DNA of 64,000 nt, taken from assembly GCF_006345805.1 (NCBI RefSeq), contig NC_043007.1, positions 59,520,001 to 59,584,000 of the forward strand, given 5' to 3'. The DNA is from Octopus sinensis. Taxonomy: Eukaryota. Within the stretch, counting starts at the first letter, position 1. Each line of letters begins with the position of its first letter. Below the pieces are notes generated by a model, which saw nothing but the letters and a program-made list of their open reading frames with translations, had not been told where the DNA came from and did not search any database. Both the position numbers and the translations under genes were made by a program. This document shows, in pieces, positions 12,715 to 24,849 of the stretch.

Positions 12715-13391
12715 GTGCAGTGGGGTAATAGTGGTGGATGGTGGTGGGTGATAGCTCGGATGTTTTTTTCCAGTTCCTTTGCTAGATTCATTATAGCTAA
12801 AAAAGAGGAAGAAGAGGTGGTTTCCTGTCTAGGGAACTGTAGGTGACTGTGGTTGTGGTTATTTTTATGTGAGTGGTTATTTCTATATGAGTCGTAGATT
12901 TTTTTGCTTTTATTTTTATTTATAATGTCATTTGTCCGACGAGTCCCCGGGAGATGGGTAAAGGGGCAATCCCTGTGACAAACACAATCTGTCTCGGTGG
13001 GAATAGCGGCAGATTTGGGGATTCCTTGTTTGAGATATTGGTGGTTGTGGTGGTGTTGTAATAGAGTATGTATTATGGTGGTTGCTGTTGTAGTTTGTGG
13101 GGATAGAGCGTTTTGTTCCAGGTAAATGAGTGAATTTGCAGTCTCTATCAGTGCACAGTCTATGGCGAAGAGAATATCGGCAAATGATGGGGTTTCGAGT
13201 GGGTGTGTAGGTGCGTGTGTGTGTGTGAGTTGTGAGAGGTGTAGATGATAGTTTGTTGAAGTTTTGGCGACCTTTGTGACTTGTAGGAGGTAAATTCCTT
13301 GAGATAGCATTAGTAGTAGTAGTTGTAGTAGTAGTAGTAGTAGTAGGTAGAAGAGATGTTGACTGGTAATGATTGAGGAGGTCGATTCCAT
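12705..13391 (-). CDS. LINE ORF1 candidate, 228 aa, uninterrupted
   Basis: ATG at 13391 ([11 protein letters not shown]...) to TAA at 12705-12707, directly upstream of and overlapping ORF2. N-terminal Leu-rich stretch and a [11 protein letters not shown] motif. Confidence 0.6.
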   Translation of the reverse strand: MESTSSIITSQHLFYLLLLLLLQLLLLMLSQGIYLLQVTKVAKTSTNYHLHLSQLTHTHAPTHPLETPSFADILFAIDCALIETANSLIYLEQNALSPQTTTATTIIHTLLQHHHNHQYLKQGIPKSAAIPTETDCVCHRDCPFTHLPGTRRTNDIINKNKSKKIYDSYRNNHSHKNNHNHSHLQFPRQETTSSSSFLAIMNLAKELEKNIRAITHHHPPLLPHCTCH

Positions 13392-13548
13392 GAGATAGCG
13401 GTAGACAAAGAGTTGATATATAATATATATATATATAATATATATATATATATTATATATAAAGTTAATCCAAACAAAAAAACAGAAAAAAAACATAGCA
13501 ACGCGAGGACGTGGAACAATAAAGTATTATATATATTATATATATATA

Positions 13549-13803
13549 TCGCTGTTACACTTCCAGATGGGAAGGTTCTTCCTTTGATGCTGACATGCAA
13601 TGTCTGTGCAAGACCCTGCCTCAGTAAAGCTGAACTCAAGAGTCATCTTCGTAGTCATAAAGCGAGACAGATGAGTGACAACCTGGCCACTGGTGGTAGT
13701 GTAACGCACCATACTAATCATATCTGTCGGGCATGTGGAAGAGAGTGTAATTCGGCAGTAAGACTTAAACGACATGCAAAGGTACATGAAGCCCAATTAC
13801 AAC
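13549..13803 (+). mobile_element. Fragment encoding two C2H2 zinc fingers, probably an RTE-type LINE C-terminus
   Basis: [21 protein letters not shown] (13596-13658) and [21 protein letters not shown] (13725-13787) are both C-x2-C-x12-H-x3-H. There is no TGEKP linker, and both sides are TA repeats. Confidence 0.6.
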
Positions 13804-14190
13804 TATATATATATGTATATGCATATGTAATATATATGTATATATATGCATATAAATATGTATATATGTATATATGTATATATATATGCATATATATGTG
13901 TATATGTATATATATGTATATATACTTATATATATATATAGATAGATATATATACATATATATACATATATACATATACATATATATGTACATTTTTATA
14001 TATACATATATATACATATACACATATATATACATATATATACATATATATATACACATATATATATATACATATATTTGCATATATATGTATATATATG
14101 TATGTAGGCATATATATGTGTGCATATATAGATATATATGTGTATATATATCTATATCTATATATAAATGTATATATATATAATTATATA
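13803..14190. repeat. Degenerate (TA)n/(TATG)n microsatellite
   Basis: Directly visible. Confidence 0.95.
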
Positions 14191-14193
14191 TTT

Positions 14194-14262
14194 AAAATGA
14201 ATAAAAGAATGGAGTCGATTAACCGAATTATCAATACTAGGATAATTCATTCACCTACTTAA
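14194..14262. mobile_element. 70-bp internally deleted remnant of the 63191-63620 element family
   Basis: The left part aaagaatggagt matches ~63200-63212. The right part tcgattaaccgaattatcaatactaggataattcattcacctactt matches 63572-63617. Confidence 0.65.
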
Positions 14263-14273
14263 TATAATATATA

Positions 14274-14329
<56 letters not shown>

Positions 14330-14332
<3 letters not shown>

Positions 14333-14702
14333 CATTCTAAGCTACACCAATGCTAGAACGGGACGACACTGCATAGTGCCAAAGATCCCAGCAATGCCAT
14401 CACGCTTCAGGACCAGCTTCTGCAACAGCCTGGGTTTCTGGGGCCCACAGCTTTTTAATATTCTCCCAAAGAGTCTGAGAAACTTGCACAAAGTAGATGT
14501 AGCAGTTTTTAAATCAAATCTGGACATCTTCCTGTCGAGAGTCCCAGATAAACCTACCTCACGGCAAGAGGTGCAAATGAGAGTAGCTATGTCAAATTCC
14601 ATTCTTCACCAAGTGCCATATATTAGAGGAGGTTCTTCGTAATAACAGTGTGGCACAAAACGGCGGTGCATCAGCATGGCCTCAGCTCTAAGCTGAAGCA
14701 AG
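14330..14702 (+). mobile_element. 5'-truncated 3' end of a second CR1-group LINE subfamily
   Basis: GPQLFNILPKSLRN...FKSNLDIFLSRVPDKP is homologous to the ORF2 C-terminus at 9844-10060; stop at 14640-14642; short 3' UTR; begins directly after (TA)n. Confidence 0.88.
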
Positions 14703-14804
14703 CCCCCCAAAATACAGATAAAGGGTGAAATATAATTAATTTAATAAAATCAACAAATTTCATGTGGTCTAGCAACTTGTTGCAAAGACTCTCATTGTTA
14801 TAAT

Positions 14805-14857
<53 letters not shown>

Positions 14858-14924
14858 TATATAATATATATATATATTATATATTATATATATATACATA
14901 TATATATAACATATATATATATAC

Positions 14925-14971
<47 letters not shown>

Positions 14972-14996
14972 ACATATATATATATGTATATATAAC

Positions 14997-15033
<37 letters not shown>

Positions 15034-15132
15034 TACATATATATACATATATATATATGTATATATATACATATATATACATATATATATGTATATATAT
15101 GTATATATATACATATATATATATTATATATG

Positions 15133-15163
<31 letters not shown>

Positions 15164-15252
15164 GTATATATGTATAAATATATGTATATATATATGTATA
15201 CATATATATGTATATGTATATATATATAATATATATATATATCTATATATAT

Positions 15253-15285
<33 letters not shown>

Positions 15286-15345
15286 TATATATATATGTAT
15301 GTATATATGTATATATATATGTATATATATATGTATGTATATATG
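14805..15345. repeat. Long degenerate (TA)n microsatellite
   Basis: Directly visible. Confidence 0.96.
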
Positions 15346-15893
15346 TTGCTTTCCTTTCTGATATACTTATTTATTCATTTATTGTTGCAGTTAAGCCGAG
15401 TTATAGACATCGATCGATCAGTAAATAAATAAATATGTTGATAAAACTGGTTTGATGCTTTGCCAATTTTGCGAAAAGTCCACTTAATAGCAGATTGGGG
15501 AGGCAGGGTAATGGAAGTCTTCTTATTGTTGGTGGTGGTGACGCTCATGGTGTTTGGTATGATGTCTGTGACGGTGGAGATATTGGGCAGTCAATGGCGT
15601 CGAAATCGATGATGTGTTGTAGTTGTTGTTGCGGTGGTGGTGTGATATACGCCTTGGTTTTCTATCACCGTCCTCCTTTCTTTCTTCCTGTCAACTTTCC
15701 TTCCTTTCTTCATTCTTCGTATCATTTACATCACTGCCACCTACCGGCCACCAACCGCAATCATCGTCGTTCGCCGTTGCCTTAACTCAGTATCACGGAT
15801 GTCACTCTACCAACGCGATATTTATTTAAGTTAGATTGTTCAATGCAATTATGAAGATAGACGAGAGCAGAGATTAACTGTATATAACTTGAA

Positions 15894-16069
15894 TTCTTCT
15901 TCTTCTTCTTCTTCTTCTTCTTCTTCTTCTTCTTCTTCTTCTTCTTCTTCTTCTTCTTCTTTCTCTTCTTTTTCTTCTTCTTCTTCTTCTTCTTCTTCTT
16001 CTTCTTCTCTTCTTCTTCTTCTTCTTCTTCTTCTTCTTCTTCTTCTTCTTCTTCTTCTTCTTCTTCTTC
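15894..16069. repeat. (TTC)n trinucleotide array
   Basis: Directly visible; a second array lies at ~18258-18329. Confidence 0.97.
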
Positions 16070-16307
16070 AAGAACATTTCGGGTTGGTGAGAGTTTTTTT
16101 TTCCTTTTCCATATTCCATGTCTGCCAGTGGAAAGCAAGCAATTGCAACTCATTTCCAAGCAATCATGATCAACACAATCATCATAATCATGTTCATAAT
16201 TCTTGTTATTGCTTGTGTTGTTTGTGTGTGTATTTAATGTATACATACATAAATACATACATACTACACACACACACACACGTAATATATATATATATAT
16301 ATATATA

Positions 16308-16344
<37 letters not shown>

Positions 16345-17007
16345 CACACATATGTACATACATATATACATATATATATGCATATATACATATAGTATGT
16401 TTAATATATAGTATATATATATATAATATATTATATATATATTATATATATATATATATATATAGATAGATAGATAGATATATATATACACATATACTTA
16501 TGTATGCACTTTATACACACGCACTCACACACACACACAGACACATATTGTATATGTCACAATTTCAGAGATACATTTTCTGTTTTTTGTTTTTGTTCTT
16601 TATCTATTTATCTATTTATCTATATATTTATTTATTTAATATCTGAAAGAAAATGTGGCACATCTTAAAATGACTTGAAAGCCGTGCTGGAATATAAATA
16701 TGTCAAAACAAATAGATACTCAAAAAGAAAGATGCTGACAAGATTCTTTGATGTTAGAACTGCAAATTCCCGGAACTTTCACATGTTTGTACTAATAGGT
16801 AACCCCGCTGACGTTTTGTTAAAGAACTGCCTGTGTGTCACTCGAATGTGAAGCAATTACAAACGGAATGATGTAGAAAATGTGTTTTTCCCCTCCTAAT
16901 GCACTGTAATAGATTTAAGTTAGTAAAATCAGTCTCACGTTTTTCAACTTGTTTTTTAGATATATTTACAGTTAATTTTACTATATTGCTTTGTTAATTA
17001 TTAAAAC

Positions 17008-17029
17008 ATTATTATTATTATTATTATTA

Positions 17030-17075
<46 letters not shown>

Positions 17076-17135
17076 CGTTATTATTATTATTATTATTATT
17101 ATTGTTATTGTTGTTGTTGTTGTTGTTCTTGTTCT
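17008..17135. repeat. (TTA)n/(TTG)n array
   Basis: Directly visible. Confidence 0.96.
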
Positions 17136-17141
17136 TGTTAA

Positions 17142-17790
17142 GGCGTCGAACTAGCAGAATCGTTAGCATACCAGTCAAAATGCTTCGCGGTATTTCGTCC
17201 GTCTTTACGTTCTGAGTTCAAATTTCGCCTAGTTTGATTTTGCCTTTCATCTTTTCGGGATCGATAAATAAAGTACCAGTTGAGTACTGGGGTCGATGTG
17301 ATCGACTGTCCCCCACTCTCCAAAAAATTCGGGCCTTGTGCCTAAAGTAGAAATGATTATTGTTGGGGTGACGAGCTGGCAGGATCTTTAGCACGCCGGG
17401 CGAAATGCTTAGCGGTATTTCGCCTGCCGTTACGTTCTGAGTTCAAATTCCGCCGAGGTCGACTTTGCCTTTCATCCTTTCGGGGTCGATAAATTAAATA
17501 CCAGTTACGCACTGGGGTCGATATAATCGACTTAATCCGTGTGTCTGTCCTTGTTTGTCCCCTCTGTGTGTAGCCTCTTGTGGGTAGTAAAGAAATAGGT
17601 ATTTCGTCTGCCGCTACGTTCTGAGTTCAAATTCCACCGAGGTCGACTTTGCCTTTCATCTTTTCGGGGTCGATTAAATAAGTACCAGTTATGCACTAGG
17701 ATCGATATAATCGATTTAATCCGTTTGTCTATCCTTGTTTGTCCCCTCTGTGTGTAGCCCCTTGTGGGCAGTGAAGAAATAAGAACCGTT
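17142..17790 (+). mobile_element. SINE family S1, three head-to-tail copies
   Basis: The S1 core repeats at ~17210, ~17435 and ~17620. Confidence 0.9.
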
Positions 17791-18334
17791 CGCATGTTGC
17801 AATTGGTAGAGAAACGAGTTTTTAGTGGCAGTATTTAGTTGCGAACTTTAATAGTATCGGAAATCCCCCCGATCTCTGGATTGATTTTTGCTTTTCTTCT
17901 TCCTGGGGTTGATAAAACAGCTCCTAGTAAAGTACTAATCTCGATTTAATCGACTGTTCCATGTTGCTGCCTCTTTGTCACTTTGTGAAAGTAGTGAAAA
18001 TCGTTGTCATTAGTCATTTTATTGGTGGAGTTCGAATTCCGGTGGAATCGATTTTGTTCCCAATCAAGTATTGGCCTTCTCGTGCTATGATATTTATGTT
18101 TTTTTAATATTCTTTATTAATATACTTGGTGTACCAATTAGTATTGTTGCCTTTTTTTTTCATTTACCAAATCCAGATTATTTCCATTTTGAGATTCTTG
18201 TAATTTGATAGCCTTTTCCCCCACTTCCTTCCGTTCAATGTTTTAGAGAGAAGAAATTTCTTCTTCTTCTTCTTCTTCTTCTTCTTCTTCTTCTTCTTCT
18301 TCTTCTTCTTCTTCTTCTTCTTCTTCTTCAAATA

Positions 18335-18612
18335 TATGTTAGGTTTGATCTCCTTTGTTAGTCTGACCGGAAATGTCTCAGACTATTGTACGCATGTCAT
18401 TGTCACAGATCGGATTTGGTACGTGCTTTTAGCATTTATTTTCGGTTTTGATGTGGAAGTGTCGACATATTTCCTAATGGATATAGTTGCCTACCCTGTC
18501 ATGCCTGTGGACATATTCTACACTTGCAGGAACTTGTCAACCGGAAATGAGTCAGTCTTTTTTTTTTCCTGTTGACTGCATAGACTGCAGTTGATGTTGG
18601 TCTCTCGTTTTA
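18335..18612 (-). pseudogene. Old R4/Dong-like retrotransposon fragment (zinc knuckle to RHD region)
   Basis: Minus-strand NINCSLC and EYVHRHDRVGNYIH*EICRHF align by eye with EYIHRHDRVGTYIHWKLCQH in the 60247-61644 ORF; W-to-stop changes. Confidence 0.7.
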
Positions 18613-21161
18613 TAATTTCATCTCAGTTTTTTTTTATATGAATAACAATTGACGTTGTGCAGCTAAAATCGAATTTTTTCTGAACTTTTGAACAAGTGCT
18701 GGCTTTCTTATATCCAATTTCATCTCTGTTCAATCGTGCCGGATCTTGAAAATGATGGGATTTTCTCTAGTTTTTTTCTATTGTGTGCTTTTGGAATTTC
18801 TTTTTCAGTTAGCTTCTTTTTTTTTGAAACATTTTTGTTGTGTCTTCTTACTTTAAATTTCTCTTCAGTATACTTATCATGTAATTTATATTTTATATTT
18901 TTCTATAAATTTAGAAAAGTTATTTTTATTATGTTTCCATAGTGTATCAACCAATCTTTCTCTGCTTGCGGCTGTAAAAACTCCTTCAATGATATTCAGA
19001 GGGATATTACTTCGCAAAGAAGGCTTTCTTTCAGTTCGTATGCTTCACATAATTGTAAATTGTAAATTGGGATAAAACGTAGTCCGAGTTATTTAGTAAC
19101 CTGAACTGGATCAAACATCTACTTTACTGATTGGTCTGTGGGTTTCATGAGACATGATTTCTTGTATTCTATAGACGGTTAGGTTACTGCATACGAGACG
19201 AAGTCACGGACTATACTGAGTTGTGCAAATCCTTCTTGTGGCTTTTTAAGTGTAGCAGAAATCTTTGGTCTGATTATGTTATCGAGCTACCATACAGCAC
19301 ACTTGATCGAAGCCCCATAATCTTTTTCCAGTACGAAAATTAAGTGCAATGTGATGGTTGGCACGCAAAATTTTGATAACAAATTTTGTGAAAGATGGGT
19401 GCGAGTTTGGTGTATATGAATGATTCTTTATCCCCAAAGAAGTCAGGTGTGTAGAAACATTCTTGAGAACGTCTCGTTCATGAAGACTAATGACCAACTG
19501 GATCTACGCTGGCATTATGTGAGAGCAGCAGATAGATGAGGAGATGAAAAAACCTCGCAACCCGTTCATCTGGCTGGGTTTCCTAAGTTTGCCATTGTAT
19601 GCCGTTCTGGGTTCAAATTACACCGAGGTTTACTTTGCCTTTCATCCTTTTGAGATCGACAAAGTAAGTACCAGCTGAGCACTGAGGTCGATGCAATCTA
19701 CTTAACACCTTCCACGAGTATGCTGGCTGTGTGCTAAAATTTGAAACCAATATTTGGGAGAGTATGTCATTGAAAATGTTGCGAATGGCGACGAGAGGTC
19801 TTTGAAAAACATAACTGATTGATTGATTGATTGATTTATTATTTAGTTGGTTTTAAATAACTAACCAATTGACGAATATTAATTAAAAAGTGCATGTGTT
19901 TATTAGCACAACGGTCCTCACGAGATACAACAAAATCCATAACAAAACGTATTTCAACACACGCGTTCACATTAAAGATCTTGAAAACTAAATACAAAAA
20001 TGAAATAATAATTTGGATATCGAAGTGCCATCAACTTTAAGCCAGTTCCAAGAAGCTGAGTCTGAAATGCAGTTTCAACCCCTTCTTTTCTCATACACTA
20101 ATCATTCTCTGGGAAAACGATGAACGTAACACAATTCCATTTCTCTTTTACAAATTAACTAGAGACCTCATACTTAGTTGTAAGAAACTTCTGTACACAC
20201 CTATGAAGGAGTGCTATGGAATAGAGCCACAGTACATTCGAGGTGACTGTGTGTCTTCTTTAAGATTCTCGTTGTAGCCATTTCGTATTCTCACATCACT
20301 AATATCACCGAGAAAGTCACGAATACGCAAACGTCCCATTGCTATTAGACTATAGCTTCGAAAGCACGGTGATGCTTATATTCAGAACCAATATAAAGAA
20401 GTTAGATGCTTACTTGATAACTTGGCATTGGTTTGCGCGCATGAGATTAAATCTGTCTAGCTGAAAAGAGATTCTTGCTTCTGCAGTTGATGCTGTGATT
20501 GATATTGGTATTGCTGTTGATGTGGTTGCTGGAGTTGTTGATATTGCTGTTTAGTACCGGATTAACACTTCTTAATTAGACCTATAATGAAGCATTCAAA
20601 CGATGGTCGACTCATTTTTCTCCAAATATAATATAGTCAACGAAGGAATTTGACCTACTATAAATAACAGCAGAATGTCTCTCAGATCTCTTATGAAAGT
20701 GTCTTTAATTGTAACCCTGGGCCGACCAATGTCTTTTAGTTGAACTGGTGGCCGGAAATAATGTGGAAGCTCATAATAATGTGGCGCGTGATTATGTGTG
20801 CGCACTCGTGTGGTGTAGTGTGTGTGTGTGTGTGTGTGTGTGTGTTGTGTGTATGTGTGTGTGTATGTGTGTGTGGTGTGTGAGAGAGGAGAGAGAGAGA
20901 GGGAGGGAGGGAGAGAGAGTGTGTGTGTGTGTCTTTGTATTGTTTTTGAACGCTCCACCGCTTGACTATGTATACTGGTTTGTTTAATTCCCCTATAACT
21001 TAGCGGTTAAGCAAAAGATGCCGGTAGAATAAATTCCAAACTTACAAGTAAGTAGTGGGGTCGATTTTTTCGACTAAATCCTTTAAGGAGTTGCTCCAGC
21101 ATTGCCGAAATCCAAAGAATGAAAGTAATAGCAGAATAAAAGAACAATAAGAGAATAACCT

Positions 21162-21251
<90 letters not shown>

Positions 21252-21484
21252 AAAACCTTCAGTAAAGATCTGCCAGTTTTTCCTTTCAAGACATAATGTT
21301 TTACACACATACACAAACACACACGCAGACATACACACACACGCACACACACACACACGCACACAACACACACACACACACATACACGCACACATACACA
21401 CACACACAAGCTGATACCCGTACGCACAAGTACAACTGCACAAACGCACATGCACAACCACATACATTTCTTAGTCGCACTTAC

Positions 21485-21515
21485 AACAAAGATAATTTTC
21501 TGAAAAGCAACGATT
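21485..21515 (-). CDS. Candidate 31-nt micro-exon
   Basis: Long pyrimidine tract ttttttcatctttatttttgttctttAG and donor GTAAGT. All three frames are open, so coding status is untested. Confidence 0.25.
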
Positions 21516-21841
21516 CTAAAGAACAAAAATAAAGATGAAAAAAGATTTTAAGGAGGTAAATGGATCTCAAATTAAATGAATTGCAGTAGAGTCGGTTGGT
21601 GAGAAAGGTATCAGAAGCTGCCAAAACTTGTGTTTAGTCCATTTGCTGAGCAACCTGCGATTATTTCATAAAACAAATGCAAAACAGTAAAGATATTTGG
21701 CAATTTATCAATAAGATTGTTTGTTACATGTAATGATGCTTCGGATTACAGGATTATCAAACAGCATATGCGTGCGTGCGTGTCTGTGTGTTTGTCTCTG
21801 AGTGTGTGAGAGTGTACGCGTGTGTGTGCTTGAAAGTAAGG

Positions 21842-21873
<32 letters not shown>

Positions 21874-22006
21874 TGTATGTATGTATGTATATGTACGTAT
21901 GTTGTATGTATGTATGTAGTAGTATTCACACATACGCATATATATAATATGATATATTATATATATAGATATTTAGATATATATATATATATAATATATA
22001 TATATA

Positions 22007-22043
<37 letters not shown>

Positions 22044-22122
22044 TGTATCTATATAATATTATAGAATCTATATATGGTGTGTGTGTGTGGTGTGCGTGCG
22101 TGCGTGCATGTATATATATATA

Positions 22123-22157
<35 letters not shown>

Positions 22158-22274
22158 TATTATATATATATTATATATATATAATATATATATATATAGG
22201 GATGAGATAGATAGATTGATAAACACACACACATACATATAAGTATATATGTATATGTATTCATGCATATTATA

Positions 22275-22434
22275 TAGGCGCAAGCGTGGCTGTACAGTAA
22301 GAAGATTGCTTCCCAACCACATGGTTCCGGTTTCAGTCTCACTGCGTGGCACCTTGGCAATTATCTCTACTATAGCATCGGCCCACCAAAACCTTGTGAG
22401 TGTATTAGTAAACGGAAACTGAAAGAAGCCCGTC

Positions 22435-22440
<6 letters not shown>
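22275..22440 (+). mobile_element. SINE family S2, 5' half
   Basis: tRNA-like head ggcgcaagcgtggctgtacagtaag...ggtttcagtctc, ending at the internal (TA)n. Confidence 0.8.
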
Positions 22441-22488
<48 letters not shown>

Positions 22489-22511
22489 ATATTATATATA
22501 TATATATATGT

Positions 22512-22741
22512 ATTTCTTTACTACCCACAATGGGCTAAACACAGAGGGGATAAACAAGGACAGACAAACGGATTAAGTCGATTATATCAACCCCAGTGTG
22601 TAACTGGTACTTAATTTATCGATCCCGAAAGGATGAAAGGCAAAGTCGACCTCAGCGGAATTTGAACTCAGAACGTAACGGCAGACGAGATACGGCTACG
22701 CATTTCGCCCGGCGTGCTAACGTTTCTGCCAGCTCGCCGCC
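22512..22741 (-). mobile_element. SINE family S1, full copy
   Basis: Reverse complement of the 3366-3600 sequence. Confidence 0.9.
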
Positions 22742-23577
22742 TTCTCTCACGCGCACTCTTCACCTTTCTTCCCTATTCTTTGATTTCCTTTTCCCCCACT
22801 TAACTTGTCTCTTCCTCTCTCTCTCTCATTCTTCATTCTCTCTCTCCCCCTCACCATTCTTCATGGTCTCCTCGCACCATTCCCCTTCTTCTCTCCCTTC
22901 CTCTTGCTCCTCCTCCCCCCTTCCCGTCGTCCACCCGCGACGATACTTCCGCCCTGACTGCTAACTGTCTTTCTAGCCTGCCTTTCAAGGTAACTGGACG
23001 ACTTTTCCTGCTCTCTCGTCGTTCACAAAAAATTCTGCGTTTGCAATACTTTTTTTCGTTCGGCGTCAACAGCCCTTCTTATCTTGTTTTCCCTGTCCTG
23101 TCTTTTACTGTTATATATATATTTTTTACTGTTTATATATTTTTTTACTGTTTTTTTACTGTTTATATTTTTGTACTGTCGTTACTGTCCTGTTTTTTTA
23201 CCATTTTTTTTTTTACCATTTTTTTACCATTTTTTACCCCTCTGCGAAAAGATCTCAGAATTTTAATTGATTTGCTTTTCGCAGGAAGGAAAGTTTCTTG
23301 TCGAAGATACGTCTCGCTTTTATCCTTCGAAACGTAGAGTAGATGAAACCTTAGCGACTGAAGAAGGGGTTTTTTCGTTGTGTTAATTGTCCTGTACTCC
23401 ATTTTTTGTTGTTTTTAAAAAAATGTCCTGTTCCTTTGGTTTGTGTCTATGTTTTCGTTTCTCTTTGTGTTCGACGTCCCTTTGGTGTCCTGTACTCATA
23501 TATGCGTGTATATGTACATTTAAAGGTAGCTACGTACATATATGTTTATATATATGCATATGTTTTATTTCATTTAA

Positions 23578-23619
<42 letters not shown>

Positions 23620-23667
23620 ATATATATAATATATATATATATATTATATATATATATATATTATATA

Positions 23668-23703
<36 letters not shown>

Positions 23704-23989
23704 TGTATGTGCTTGTGTATCTGCGTTTGTCCCCCATGTGGGTGTGTTTATGTCCCAGTAACTTAGCGGTTTGGCTCAAGTGATCTATAGAAGTGATCTA
23801 AGCTTACAAAGAATAAGGGTCGATTTGTTTATCTAAAGGCGGTGCTCCAGCATGGCCGCAGTCAAATGACTGAAACAATTAAAAGAATATAAAAATGAAA
23901 AGAAGAAAAGGAATAAAAGAATATATTATTATTATTATTATTATTATTATATTATTATTATTATTATTATTATTATCATCATCATCATT

Positions 23990-24387
23990 GAGTGAGGGAG
24001 CGGCACATGCCATCGAAGTGATACAAAGCCCAGTTTACCCATCATGACTACACGTCTGATAAGAGCATACCAGGCACATGCATCACAACGATATGTATGC
24101 GACATAGTAATCTCACATCAAGACAAACAGTGTATGACCTTGCAGGTGGGGCCCAGTTAGAATCTTCTTCGTGTCGAGTAGACCATCCCGCTCGAATAAA
24201 GATTGTTTAAGGATGTTGAACGAGACACCCATGTTTCCAAGGTTGAATTAATCAAACCCCAAAGAATTCCTCTCAACACATGGCTATGATGTTCCCCAAC
24301 TACTTCTCCTCGTGATCAGACATGCACATATCGTCAGCCACCAAGGGTCATACTCAACAGATTAAGGTCAAACAACTGATAAGCAAA
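23990..24387 (-). mobile_element. TAA-tailed non-coding interspersed repeat, 5'-truncated copy
   Basis: Homologous to 38648-39060; same 3' end; (TTA)n on both sides. Confidence 0.8.
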
Positions 24388-24849
24388 TTATTATTATTAT
24401 TATTGTTGTTGTTGTGGTTGTTGTTATTATCATCATCATCATCATCATCATCCTTATTATTATTATTATTATTATTATATTATTATTATTATATTATTAT
24501 TATTATTATTATTATTATTTCCCCATGCAACTTCAAGGAATTCTCCCTTTTAAGGCATCTGGTGTCGCTGGAATATTGATCCCACTTCTAACAACACCAT
24601 GTGACCTGCCTTGACCAATGGCAATCCAATTTCTGGTAGTCATCTTGGAATTCCTGCATCGTCTCCATTCGGTTAAATGAGCCCAATGAGCTAGGTTTCA
24701 CTAAGAAGCCTACTAAACTTTAAGTCACATGGAACCGAATCAAACTGTTTTAAATAATAATATATGTATCTCCCACTAAATGTGTTGAGTACTTTTCCTT
24801 TCGTTTGTCCACAAACACGATCACCAAGACATAGAAGAAAACCAGCACC

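Larger units (their letters stand above)
9757..13415 (-). mobile_element. Near full-length CR1-group (CR1/L2/Crack-type) APE-RT LINE, inactive
   Basis: ORF1, then APE motifs (LLNAQGI, LTETHL, GLYRPP, GDFNLP, LDLIFSN) and RT motifs (NYRPISLTS, QHGFR, YLDFSKAFD, SGVPQGTVLGPLLF). C-terminal KLYSLQRRRERY, a short 3' UTR and a (TTCTAAGTTA)x2 tail; TA repeats on both flanks. Confidence 0.93.

Noticed and set aside
14877-16491. YI/IY-, poly-K/E/S/L- and similar ORFs here and throughout the window (HT, CV, RE, poly-N/Y/I)
   Set aside because: Translations of di- and trinucleotide microsatellites.
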